NCBI GenBank assembly: GCA_001244265.2
Contig: CDLV01000011.1
Span: 1,240,001 to 1,304,000 of the forward strand
Direction of reading: 5' to 3'
DNA: 64,000 nt
Source of the DNA: Microbotryum violaceum
Taxonomy: Eukaryota
Shown here: piece after piece, positions 50,301 through 62,956 of the stretch
Numbering within the stretch: position 1 is the stretch's first letter
Layout of the letters: each line of letters opens with the position of its first letter
Notes under the pieces: generated by a model
Seen by the model: the letters and a program-made list of their open reading frames with translations, nothing else
Database searches by the model: none
What the model was told of the DNA's origin: nothing
Program-made: the position numbers and the translations under genes

Positions 50301-52228
50301 AGACGTAGAGCACGACGTCGGACGCGACACAGCCGATTGAGTTCGAGTCGACGAAACCGACGCGGATCGTGTCGACGAGGCATTCGGCGACGCGTCGCTG
50401 CTTCGTTGAGACCATGTGCGCGGTGATGTCGGTCGCGGTGAAGGTCGAGTTCGGGACCATGAGCGCATCAAAGATAGGAGGGAACGTGACTTGCGTTTTG
50501 TCGAGCCAAGTTAGCAACGAGAAGTCGAGAACAGCTCTGTGTGAAGTATCAAATACAACTGCGAGTCAGCCCGGAGCGTTTAGACGGCAAGGCACACGCA
50601 CACGCAAGCTTGTGACCTTACCCATCGTAGACACCCAGATTCCTCGATGCGTTTTTGAGGTCACTCCATTCGAAATAGACCTGTCCCTGCGACTTGAGCT
50701 TACTGAAGGCGGTGCGAGCGTCGGCTTGCGTGTGGCACAGTCGTCCTTCGGAGTAGCCCGTCAAGTTGCGCGTGCTCGTACCGTATTGGTTGTAGAGGTT
50801 ACAGGGGAAGTACCAGCCGAGCTTGTTGCCGGAGGTCGGGATCCCGGTGCCTGCGGTTGGGGTAATGATATCGAGGCACTTTTCGTTGACCTTCTGGAAG
50901 AGAAACGAGCCGTCCATCCCACCGGCGCCAAAGGATGAGTAAAGCGGGTTCGTGCCGGCGCCGATCCCGTACGCTTCGACGTGGGTGAAGTTATTGAGGT
51001 CATAATCGTAACCGTGAAAGATCATCGAGCCTCCTTGGATCGTGTTGTGGCGGTAGCGCAACGGCGGCGTGCCACACACGGAGCTGGTGAAGCCGAATGT
51101 CAAAAACCCGACCGCAGCCATGCAAGTCGCGATGATGCAGAGCATGCCGATCTTCTCCCGCCACGCATCACGACGACCTTTAGAACGCAGACCTGTGCAT
51201 AAAACCCAGAGTTCGCGCGTTAGTCGCTGGCATCATCGACTATCGCAGCAGCGAGCGCAGACCACAAGCAGCGCAGCGCGGAGAGCGGAGAGCGGGGAGC
51301 GGGGAGCGGAGAGCGGAGAGCGGAACTCACCAAAACATTTGAGCAGGGCGGACGGGACAAGAATGGTGACGACTCTGCAGAAGACCATCCACGGGCCAAG
51401 AGGCTTTTTCTGCATATTGGACATGCGACTCTTCTCGTATGACCCTCCGGCCTTCACGGCCTGGTTCGATGCACCTGATTGAAGGTTGTTGGGGCGGCGC
51501 AGCGTCGTGCCTCGCTTGAACATGCTCAGCCCGGTTTCGGTCGCCATGCCTTCCTCGCGGCCGAGCACGCTCTTGCCTCGACGCAGGCCAGTACCTGATC
51601 CGGGGCTCGCCGTCGAGTTCCCTGCCACGATGGAGGGGTCGACATGGGACAAGCCAGCGGTCGCGGTGTGGCCGGTCCGAGACACTGCGGCGACGCCTCG
51701 GCCCTCGAGCTCCATCACTGCGGCGTGCTGGCGGTAGTTGTAAAGCCGATGCGACTCGTCAACGCGCTCTCGATCGGGTCGCACGAGTGACTTTTTCCTT
51801 CGGAATCCGTTCCCTGCAGCACTCAATCCCGTTGCTGTGGCCGAGGTGTCGTTGCTGTTAAGGTGGTGGGGGTTCTGCGACGTCGAGGCACCCCCGGACG
51901 GCGGTTCACCCGTCGCGCCTCCGCCTCCGCCGCCAGAGCCGAGCAGGTTCGCGCGAGATGCATCGAGCACGGAGAACTGCACCCTCGATGACGAAGCACC
52001 CGCGACGGCGGGCACCGACAGGTCGGACCCGTTCGCGTAAGGGTTGGGCATCAACGGCGGTCGAGACGGCTGAGGGTCCTTTGCGTAATAGGAGGGGGCG
52101 GACAGATCGGTGCCGCTTGACGATTGTCGATTGATGGACGGCGGCAGTGCCTGCGCTCGCTGTGGCCTCGCACCGACGCCCAGCGCCGACGCGGGAGCCG
52201 ATCGAGCGGGTCGTCCGAAGTCGTCCAT
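47400..52228 (-). CDS. Chitin synthase, class IV (yeast Chs3-like, no myosin motor), multi-exon
   Basis: [86 protein letters not shown]. Confidence 0.96.
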
Positions 52229-53553
52229 CGTCTCGGGCGTGTTGGGTCAGACCCTGTCGTCAATGCTCTTCGAACTGACAGACGAATGGTAATAGGGGAT
52301 CGATGGCGACGGCGGACCCAGCTGTACGGGGGCGAGCGTTTGCTGGCGCGCCGGCGGGGTGCGACGACACTCTTGTGTGCTTCGGAGCCCAACTGAACCA
52401 ATTCCTAGCGTTTGGTCACACCAGAGGCGAAAGAGCGCTCGGGGGGTCGTCCCAATCGTAGCAGAGCTCGATCCAGTCGGATCGAAGGGTCGTGACGGTT
52501 CGAACGAAGTTGCAGTGGAGACGGAGCAAGGGATCGAGCCAAGTTCCGAGGGGGCAACAGCGTCGATCTGGTGTTTATGGCCGGGAGAGGAGAGCGTTAG
52601 GAACGGGCTACGGGCACAGACGACGGGCGGCGCCGACGGCCTGCGCTGGCCTGCGCACGCGAAAGGAGCGGGTGCGCGCGAAACTTCTTATTCACAAATT
52701 CCACGATTTCAAATGCGAAAGGTGAAAAGCAAACCCCGTCGCGATGATCGGCATTACGCATGCACAAAACAACCGGCGGCTCAGCGAGGCCCAGCATGCC
52801 ACCACCTGCAATCTCTCGACCTCGGGCTTCGGCACACTCGATCAGGGGGTATGTTGTTTTTCATCTGCAATAAGACTTCAATTTTGCTTCTGCAACATCA
52901 CCTTCCAGCTCCTTAGCCGCAATCTCGTGTGCAAAGAGCGGTGAATTGCACAAGGTTCCGAAGGTCTGCCCTTTAATCCCGATCCCGCCATCGTGCCGAG
53001 CCCATGCGCTGATAGCGCGCAGTGGCGGTTCGCGGTGGTAACGCGGTGACGGTCGAACGTTCGGAGAGAAGCAAGATCATCGACCCGTCAACCGCCCAGT
53101 GCCACGGACGTCAGGCACTCGTGGCCCCATGATAGGGTGCTCTCAAGTAGGACGGTCCCTGGGGGTCTAGCCGGGATGAGCATCGCTCTGTAACTCTCAT
53201 GATTCCATGTTTCGAAAGCGGTGAGACAACGGTCACCAGCGGTCGATCACTCGTACGCATATCTTGCAAATAGGTTTTCCTTCTCCGTATGTTGGCGATC
53301 CTTGCATCGTCTTTGATATCACCGAAAGAATGGGTTTTCCGTTGGACAGATAACTCGATCTTGTCACCAGTACCTCAACCTTTAGGAGGCCACGTCTGAT
53401 CGTCGAAGCGACCACGTTCGAATGGACACAAGAAAGGGCTCTCGAGTGGGCGTCAACATCTTGTGAGTACAAGTAGCATTTCCGCAGAAAGAAGTCAAGT
53501 AGCAATGTGACTCATTAAATACATCTTAAGCGTGCCCGTAACCCTCATCGTGC

Positions 53554-56500
53554 TTATTCATCGTCCTCATCCGAATCAATAACCACCTTCCGCCTCTTGA
53601 CCGCCGCACCGGCCGCCTTCGCATTCGCAACTTCCCCTTCGTCTTCGCTATCGCTCATCTCCCTCTTCTCCGACGAAAGGTGATCCCCGTTCTTCAGTAA
53701 AGGACCGACAAAAGAAGCGGACGTGGACCTTGCTTTCCCCGTCAGATTCGTCCCCGCTCCCGAAGACGCCGTCCCAACATCATTCATCCTAACATCCTCA
53801 TCCCCAACATCCTCCTGCTCTGAAGACGACGACGACGACGAAGAAGAAGACCGCGTCTTGCCCTTTTCCTTCCTTGCCTCCCTCCTTAAAACCTCCAACC
53901 TTCCCTCATCCAAATCCGATTCGTCCGAAACGTCCACTTCTCGAATCGGCGCAAACTCTTTGTTCTTCTTCGGTCGACGACTAACACGTTCGCTCTTGTC
54001 CTTTTGGAGCTTCTTCGGGACGGTCTTGGCTTTGGCTTTGGTCCCACCTGTTGTGGAGGCCGATTCGATCTCACCTGCTGCCAATTTGGCTCGTAACTGA
54101 AACCAATCAGAGCCGATATCAGCATCCCACTCAACGTACCTCCGTCTGCCAAGAGATAAATCAAACTCACCTCAGCCTCCCTAGCAAAGAACCTCTGGTC
54201 TTCGAGCTCATCATCGTCCGAGTCCTCAATAAACTGCGCACTCTTATAAGCGACCATATCCTCCCTCCCCTTCTTGACCCTCTTCGTAACCTTCTTCACC
54301 ACCTCGATCAAGTTGCCCTCCTCATCATATTCAGGTGTGCCTTCTCTACGTGTACGACGTTTGACGGGCTTGCGTTTCTTGCGCAGGTAGTCGGCTGCGG
54401 TCTTGCCGTTTGGATCGACGGGATCGAGGAGGAAGTTTTCGATCGTTTGGACGTAACCGTCTAGTGTTGCTGGCGTGAGGGACAATGGGATGCTCCATAT
54501 CAATTCCGTCGAATTGTCGTCTGTGCGGAAAAAATCACTGAAGAATCAGCAACTCAAACTCCGATAACAACTCTTCCGATCGTTGAGAGTACTCACTCTC
54601 CCTACTCTCCCAATTCAACAACCCCATCAACAACCTCAAAGTCGCATTGCCCGTCACCTCCTCCTTCTGCCCCGTCCCTTCCTCGAAAATCAATTGATGA
54701 GACATGAATTTGTCCATCGCGAGTTGGGAAGGGCCTTTCAACATCGCGGCTTTGCGTCGGATCGCTTCGTCTGAATCAGGTTCCTTCTCACCACCTTCAG
54801 CGGCAAGTTCGACATCGAGAAGGGCAGCTGATGCCCCGTCGGTGGTGAGGACGATTTCGGTTCGTGCGACTGAAGCGAGGGCGAGTTGGGAGAGCACGAA
54901 TTCGACGAGGGGGAGATCGCCGGCGTCGACGAGGCATGCGACGGCGATGCCGATTTGTTGGGTCAGACTGAAACCGGGCGCGACTTCGACTTCGCCTGGG
55001 ATCTTGAACTGGTGATTGAGGATCAAAGAGGGTCAGTATGTGTTTGGTGTCGACGTGCTCAAGGATGGAGAACGAACTCTGCAGCTCGTTCCGGCCTCAT
55101 CGTCCGAAGAAGCATATGGATCGACCTCGCCCATCCTCATCTTGTGCAACTGCGACCTCGTCTTGGGGAAGAAGCACTGCAAGCATAACCCTACCAACAT
55201 CAGCGCACCTTCCCTTCCCGTGCTCTCTCATGCCGTCACTGACCTCAAGTAGTAACATCGGCTTCTCCTTGACGGCCTTGAAGAACTTCTTCAGGACGAA
55301 CTCGATCAGTTTCTTGAGATCGGTCGTCGCTTGATCCCTTGCAATTCGAACATGATCATCGTCCAAGATCCGCTTGAAGAGATCCAACACTGATGGCTTT
55401 GAGTTATAGAACGAAAGCGTCAGTCTCCTCCGGTTTCACGAGCACAGGTCTAGAGAAGCATGAGACTGACTTTGTAGAACAATCCCTCGGATTTACTCTT
55501 GACCGCTTGACGGTGCATCAAACTGACGATCCGTTTGAGTTGTTCAGGTGTCTTGAAGGATTTGTATGACTCGAGGTAGGTCATGCACGTTTGGAGAACA
55601 CCCTCGTCGGCGAATTTCTAAAATAGAGGCCCGAGACATCTCTAATCAGCAAAATGGTCTTGGGGATCGGGTCCGCGGATTGGCTGTTCTTGCCTCCTCG
55701 AACTTTGCAAATTCAAAAGCGTGTTCGCCAAACGAGACGACCGACCGGTCGACCTCGTCCTCTTCCTCGTTCCCAAAGAGGCCGAACTCATCCTCTTCAA
55801 CATCCCCATCCTTCTTCCTGCCTGTGCGCTCTCAGAACCCCAACTATGAGCACTCGTCCTCGCCCGAAACCACCTGCCTGAACGTACCTTTCTTCTTCCG
55901 ACTCTGTCTCGCCTTTTTCTTCCTTACATACATATACGCCTTACTCTTGGCATACCGCTCCAACATTCTCAACAACACATACGCCAAATTAATGACCGAA
56001 TCCAAATATTTGTGCGATTGCGTGTGGTATTTCGTCACGACGGTAACGACCATGTCGAGCGTTTCGGCCTCGTAGTAGATTTTGTTTTGCAGGATTTCGG
56101 CGACGTCGATGTGGTCTGGGATACCGGAGGCGGCTAGAGCTTCAATCACGAGGAGCTGTACGAGGTCAAGTGTCGCAAAGAGTCAGCTACGAGAACCAAA
56201 ATAAAACATGGTAACCTCCTGACATCGTCTTTCAACCCTGACGAACCATTTGGGTAAAACATTCAATTCCCGCATGTAAATCCATCCAAAGCGGTGGTTT
56301 CTCCTCCAAAGCGACCTTCATCCTCTGCGTTACGAACGCGATGCTCTGCGGCTCCGTCATCTCGGCGATCAAACCGAAATCATGCCCTTCTTCACTACTC
56401 GAATCGATCCCACGAGCTTGTTCGTCCGCGTGAACGAGGAGGAAGAATTCGAGGAAGAAGCGGGATAAGAAGAGGAATCGAATCGTATCGGATTCTTTGA

Positions 56501-58433
56501 CCTTCATGCGTTCCATGCGGATGTCTTTGAGCACGGAGGAGAAGAAGGGGTTGAAAGCTGTATCGAGGAAGGCGAGGGCGACGCGTCGGAGGACTTTGAT
56601 GGCTGAAGGTTGGAGACTTGATGGAGGGGCAAGATCGTCCTGTGAGATTGCACATAGTCTCGACTAGTCAGAGTCCGCGAACGGGAAACCCGAGTGTTGC
56701 GTTGCGCTCCAACCCACATCAGCTCGGTACTTCTTCGCTTTGCTCTTCTTAATTTGATCCAACGTTTGTTCAGCACCCCTCGACAACGACGACTGCTTGT
56801 GCATGATGTACTGATGCCCGTCCTGTATTTTTAAAACCGAACCAAACATTCGTCAGCGTCCACTCGTTATGCCCCTTAACCCTGTAGGGAGAACTTGCCG
56901 ATTTGAGCGCGACGGTAGTACCGAATCTCGAATGCCTCGTATTGCCCAACCTCGCCGCGGCTTTCTTCTCCTTGCCTTCAAAGTCCAACAGATCCTTCAA
57001 GCGGTTCTCCGTGATCTGCGGGCAGCAGCATCTGTTAGTCATCAAAATACCTCTCCCTTTCCCACCCACCCCTCCCATGAACTCACCTTGTCCGAAGCAA
57101 CCATCAACTCATTAGGTCTCGCACACCTAAATACCAAATGCAGAATATCCAACACGACCATATTCCAAGGCCCGTATTCCGACGAGGTCGAACTATGCGC
57201 GATCGCGACCAAGAGATCAAAGATGCCTTCTTCGTACATTTGAACGATGAGGGAGGATTGCAGTTGGGCTCGTTCGATCGCTTCGGACGATTCAGAGCGC
57301 GCTGGACGGTCGACCATTGCGACGAGGTTGCGGAAGGTGTAGAGGATGAGGGAGATGACGCTCTCGTCTTTGGTAGTACGGTCGCTGTAGGGGGGGAAGA
57401 CGCCAATGAGTTTGGCCTCGTTAAACTTCAGGAGAAAACTTGCTCCGCTCACTCACCGACGGGTTTTTGACAAACTAGGTGTCATGAGTCGGAGCATCAC
57501 CCTGAGCACGTCATTCCTCAGAATGATGGATTTATACGTCAACTGCGCGTCGATCAGGGAGGTGTAGTCCTGCGACTTTTTGAGCTCGTCGTGAGTTTTC
57601 GCCTCTTGTAATTCGGCGACGACGTCGATCGGCCAGGTCATGGCTCCGATCAACTCGACTGCAGTGAAAGAAGAACGTTCGGTAAGCCTCACAATCCACC
57701 TGAATCCGGCGGGACACGTTGCAACATACTACAAGCCAAACCTATTCGTTCCCCTTTGGCGCCCGACTCCAAGGTCGCGAGCAGGATGGGGACCAAGTCA
57801 TTCTTGAGCAATCCGACGTCGTAAAAGATCCTCGCGACCGTTCGATCGTCGTCCTTTTCGTCCATTCGCCAGAATCGTTTCAGATCTTTCAAGCAGCCTG
57901 TACGCGCGCCATCAAGGTGTTTCGAGGACGATCAGCTTTTATGGAATGGGGTGCAAAAGTGAGGGGCTTTCCTTTTAAAACGCGTCGAGCCACGCTGACT
58001 CGTACGCGGTTTAATCCCGCAGAGTTGGGGGTGACAACGTACCGACGACTTGATCGCCCAAAGAATAAGCCGAAAAGATCTCGCCATCGTCATCCTTGAA
58101 CTCTTCGACACCACCCAAGGCCGTACACAGCGAGGCGATCGGCGGTTTCAACGCGAGGTATTTCCTGGGAATCAAGCGGCGTATCCAGGGATCAGCTTCA
58201 GTCGTTCCCCGTCACCGATCACATTCACGAGGTGCTGACCTTGATCCAGCGGACAATCCCGGATCGAAACCGGCTTCATCGTCCTCATCATCGTCCGGCT
58301 GGTCCCCTTCGCGCTCGTGGCCGGCTCGACTACCCCGATCGGTCCGACTATCCGCCTCGCTGTGCAGTTCTTCCCCGCCATACCGTTCGGCTCGCTCGTC
58401 ATCATCGTCGGCGGCGTAGCGTGACGAGTTCAT
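53554..58433 (-). CDS. TOF1: Replication fork protection protein Tof1/Swi1/Timeless, multi-exon
   Basis: CTALGG, CLKDLKRFWRMDEKDDDRTVAR, ELIGAMTWPID, TRHSRFGT, LQNKIYYE, YLDSVINLAYVLLRMLE, MHRQAVK, YKSAQFIEDSD. Confidence 0.92.
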
Positions 58434-58522
58434 TTTCCGGTGCCGGACCGAGATTGGAGAGGGGAAGGTGGAACGAGCGGAAGGCTGCAACTTGAAGAGA
58501 GGTGACCGACCACTGCCGGGAT

Positions 58523-58542
58523 ACGCGTGCCGACCGACGCGT
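58523..58542. promoter_or_regulatory. Two MCB-like ACGCGT elements in the TOF1/centrin divergent promoter
   Basis: ACGCGT at 58523-58528 and 58537-58542 within a 225-bp head-to-head interval. Confidence 0.45.
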
Positions 58543-58658
58543 CGTAAATTGAGCTTGGACGCGCCTCGACCCGCACCGTCCGCACGGAAAGCGCGTCGGA
58601 ACGGCAACCATCGCCTACGCTCCTCCCCCTCTCCCCCTTTCCCCCTCCCAAGCCAGCA

Positions 58659-59492
58659 ATGATGTCGTTCCCGTCCTCGTCCTCGAAAGCGCACTCACGA
58701 CCGATCGCCTCTTCCTCGAACGCCAATGCGTCCCCCCTCCTGAGCCGACAAAAGCACTCCGTCGCCTCCACCTCCACCTCGACCCCGTTCCGCCTCTCCT
58801 CGGACCAACTGTCCGAAATCCGCGAGGCGTTCGAGTTGTTCGACCACGATCGGGATCAACAATTGGATTACCACGAGTTCAAAGTATGTCTGCGGGCGTT
58901 GGGGTTCGATTTGAAAAAGGCCGAAGTGGTGAGGTTGTTGAAGGAGGCGAATGGGGTCAATCACGCGAACGTGGCCGGTGGGGTCGGGGTCAATGTTGGG
59001 GAGATGAGGATCGGTTACGAGAGGTTTACGAATATTGGTTAGTTTCATCGCCGGGCACGCAGGCCGGGGGGAGGAGTCGCCGGCCCGACCCCGAGAACTG
59101 ATCGTGCGCGCGCGACGGGGATACCGACAGTCGAAGGCATGATTCAACGAAGGGATCCGATGCTCGAATTGAAACGCGCCTTTCGACTCTTTGACGAGGA
59201 GGGGACGGGCAAGATCTCGTTGGACAACTTGCGCAAGGTCGCCAGTGATCTCGGCGAACAACTCGGAGACGAAGAATTGTACGCTCACCCAAGTCACATC
59301 CTGCGAGAGCGCACCCGAGCTGACTCTTTCCCGTGGCGTGGGCAGAAGAGCCATGATTGACGAATTCGACTTGGATCAGGACGGCATGATCAACGAGGCC
59401 GAGTTTATGAGGTTTGTCGACGCTCTCGTTTGGGCGATCAGATCGCCAGCTGAGCTGACCCTTACTGCAGTATCATGGCCGACGATGTATGA
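58659..59492 (+). CDS. CDC31: Centrin (EF-hand), multi-exon
   Basis: [88 protein letters not shown]. Confidence 0.93.
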
Positions 59493-59625
59493 GCTGCTTC
59501 CCTTCGCTGTTGGGGTGGTATTCTCCTTCGTAGTCTCTTTTGTAATTCAGCATCAAATAAGTAGCCTACTCCCGCCTCGCGTGTCTGATCCGCTCCCCGC
59601 TGGCAACGCTGTGCAAGACCGCATC

Positions 59626-60261
59626 CTACAAGCCCTCCTCCCTCTCTTGCTGGGCGATGACCCTAGCAGCGGATTCCCTCTGCCTCGACGCCTTGAGTAC
59701 CTTGATCAATTCAAACCTCTTGCGCTTCGAAACGGGTTTACAATTCCTTATTTCGACTCGATCACCGATCACGCATTGCGATAAAGGGTCGTGAATGAGA
59801 TATTTCTTGTGCGTTTTGAAAGCCTGTTCGGGGAGGGAGAGAGGGAAGGCCAGGTCAAGTCAGGTCAGGTCAGGTCAGGTCAGGTCAGGTCAGGTCAGGT
59901 CAGGGTACGATGCTACCATAGGTAGTCTTCTTTTCTCGCTCACCTTTAATGTCTTGTGATGGGTCTGCTGACGCTCGACGGTGACGGTCGTCGTTTGGGC
60001 CGCGACGCCGGCTTGGGTCACCAACCCGTTCAGCACCAAGCCTTTGGGCAGCGCATAGCGCGAGGGTGGTGGGGGTGGTGATGTAGAGGAGGGCGCGGGA
60101 TTCGCCGAAGTGGAAGTGGAAGTGGAGGCGGTCGAAGAAGAAGAAGAGGAAGAGGTGTGCAATGCGGAAGAGAGCAAGGTCGTGCGCCCCGCGAGGATGG
60201 TCGTGGAGCAGGTGCACGAAGGGAGGGTGGTGGTGACCGCTCGTCGGAAGAGGAGGGACAT
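59626..60261 (-). CDS. Mitochondrial ribosomal protein uS17m (2 exons)
   Basis: Presequence-like N-terminus; LVLNGLVTQAGVAAQTTTVTVER..H | KKYLIHDPLSQCVIGDRVEIRNCKPVSKRKRF. Confidence 0.88.
59851..59904. repeat. (CAGGT)n pentamer array in the uS17m intron
   Basis: About 11 units, one variant; reads (CTGAC)n on the sense strand. Confidence 0.95.
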
Positions 60262-60514
60262 GCTTCGTTGCTGGAGGAGCTGCAGGCCAACAGGAAAGAG
60301 AAGGAGGGACTGACACCTCGCGCGCGGTCATGAACGCACGAACTTGAGCTCGGACCGCTTTTGCGAACGAGCGCGCGCGAAAAGCGAAGCAGTAGCGAAG
60401 CCGGCCCAGCGAGGGTTAGTCATCCCGGCGTCGACATTGTGTTCGTTTCGCTATCACCACCCATCCCAGCGTACAGCGTACAGCGTCGAACGCGCCGATC
60501 GCGCCTACCTCGAC

Positions 60515-62328
60515 ATGACAATATCCACCACCACAAGATCGCTCCTACCACGCTCCCCACGCTGTCTCCCCCTCCTCTGCACCGCAGCACGGCGCACGCT
60601 GCTCCCTTCCTCACCGGCCTCACCGCTTCGTCATCCACCCCGACGATCACTGGCGACGACCTCGCCCCGCCGCTCGACTCCCACTTCGGCCGATCCCTTG
60701 CCGTTGCAGGTCACCGCCCTTCCGAATGGAGTCAGAGTAGCGACCGATCCGGCACCGGGCCACTTTGTAGCTGCGGGCATCTACGTCGATGCCGGCAGTC
60801 GATACGAGAATGACCTCACCCGAGGCAGCGGTCACATGGTCGATCGATTAGGCTTCAAGGTACACGCGAGCTGGAGAAATGCGGTCTCAGTAGCAACGTC
60901 CCGACTGACCGACCCCCACGTTCTTGTATCCTTCTGTAGAGCACCTCGAACCGCACCTACGAACAAATGGCCAAAGAGATCGAACACCTCGGCGGGCAAT
61001 TTCTGTCCTCTTCGTCGAGGGAAACGATCATGTACCAAGCCACAACATATACTCATTCCCTCGATTCGGTCGTATCCCTCCTCTCGGATACCGTGTTGAA
61101 CCCTTTGATCACGCCGGAGGAACTCGATCAACAGCGCGATGCGGCACTGTGGGAGATTGGCGAGATCAAGACCAAACCCGAGATGATTCTCCCCGAAGTA
61201 TTGCACGAAGTCGCTTTCCAGCACAACACCCTCGGCAACCCTCTCCTGTGCCCCGAAGACCGACTCAGAACCATGGCCACGAGCACGCTCAAGGATTTCC
61301 TCAAAATGTGGTACAAACCCGAACGGATGGTCCTCGCCGCAGCAGGGGTCGAACATGATCGCATGCTCGACTTGGCCGACAAGTACTTTGGTCATCTCGA
61401 AAAGGGTGTAGGGGTAGGCTCGACGATTACACCGGCCACTTCCTCTAGCCTCCCTTTCGTCCCGAGTGCTGCATCCACCTCCATCCCCCCCTCGGCATCA
61501 ACGGCCTCGTCCTCGCTCTTCCGCCACCTCTCCACCTCCGCCACCTCCTCGGCTTCCCTAGCTTCTTCCTCCGCTTCACCCTCCCCCCTCGACCCCACTG
61601 GCTTCGATTACCTGTCCACCGCCCCCGCGAAATACACGGGTGGTGAACTCTACCTCGACAACCCCGATCTCGAATTCACCCACATCTACATCGCCTACGA
61701 AGGTCTGTCCATCCACGACCCTGACATTTACGCCCTCGCGACCCTCCAAGTCCTTCTCGGAGGAGGAGGTTCCTTCTCCGCCGGTGGTCCAGGCAAGGGG
61801 ATGTATTCCCGCTTGTACACCTCGGTTCTGAACCAACACTACGCCGTCGATTTCTGTGCCGCCTTTCATCATTGCTATCTTGATTCGGGTCTCTTCGGTC
61901 TAAGTATCGCCGTGAACCCTACATGGATCGCTTCGGCTCCCTGGGTCTTGGCTAACGAACTCGACGCCATCACTCGACCAACGCAGGGAGGGATCGATCA
62001 TGGCGACGTGCAAAGGGCCAGGAACCAGTTGAAGAGTTCGTTGATGATGGCATTGGAATCTCGAATGGTTCAAGTCGAGGATTTGGGACGACAAGTTCAA
62101 GTTCACGGAAAGAAAACGCCTATGCAGGAAATGGTCGCCTTGATCAATCAAGTCAGCTTGAACGATATCTATAGAGTTGCAGGGAGGGTTTTGAGACCTA
62201 AAAAGAGCTCGATCGTGGGGGATCGGAAGAGGAGTGGCAAACCGACCATTGTGGTGCAGGGACAATTGAATGGGTTGCCGGATATCCCGGGGACATTGGC
62301 GAGGAAGGGGTTGAACGGCGAGGCATAA
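60515..62328 (+). CDS. MAS2: Mitochondrial processing peptidase alpha subunit (2 exons)
   Basis: QVTALPNGVRVAT, YVDAGSRYE, HMVDRLGFKST, SSSRETIMYQ, glycine-rich loop LLGGGGSFSAGGPGKGMYSRLY. Confidence 0.96.
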
Positions 62329-62524
62329 GTGGAGTGGTTTATAGAATGCATTTTCTTTTGTATCCCCATAACGGACACCCACCTCTTCTTCTCTGTCTTG
62401 TAATCTTACTACCCAAACCACCCAATGTGCGAAAGAATGCGATATTTGCAGTAACGAGCACGAAGAACATGCGGGACCTACGAGCGAGCAGTGAAAGAAG
62501 GCTTCGATCCGAACCGAAGGCCTC

Positions 62525-62870
62525 TCAAAGCTCATCCCTCCTCCTCTCTTGCCCTTCCTCCTCTCCTTCTTCCCCTTCGGCGTCCTCCCACTTCCTCCCA
62601 AAAGCCTCCGTCAACCTCTCATACTCCTTCGAAACCTTAACCTCCTCCAACCCCTTCTTCCCAACATCCTCATCCCCATCATACCCAATAGGTCCAGCAG
62701 GGGGACCTTCTCTGCCCCCTACACCTCTTACTCCTGCTCCGGGCTGTGCTGTGATTTGTTCCAAGGCGGCTTTGACGGCGCCTGCTAGACCTCCCGGTGC
62801 GTCGACAGGTATAACGAAGGGTTTGATAATCCTCCCTCCTGCTCCTGCTCCGGCTCCTGCTCCGGCTCCG

Positions 62871-62956
<86 letters not shown>

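Noticed and set aside
53233-53505. 90-aa minus-strand ORF downstream of TOF1
   Set aside because: Non-ATG start, no recognisable homology, and it lies in the expected 3' UTR.
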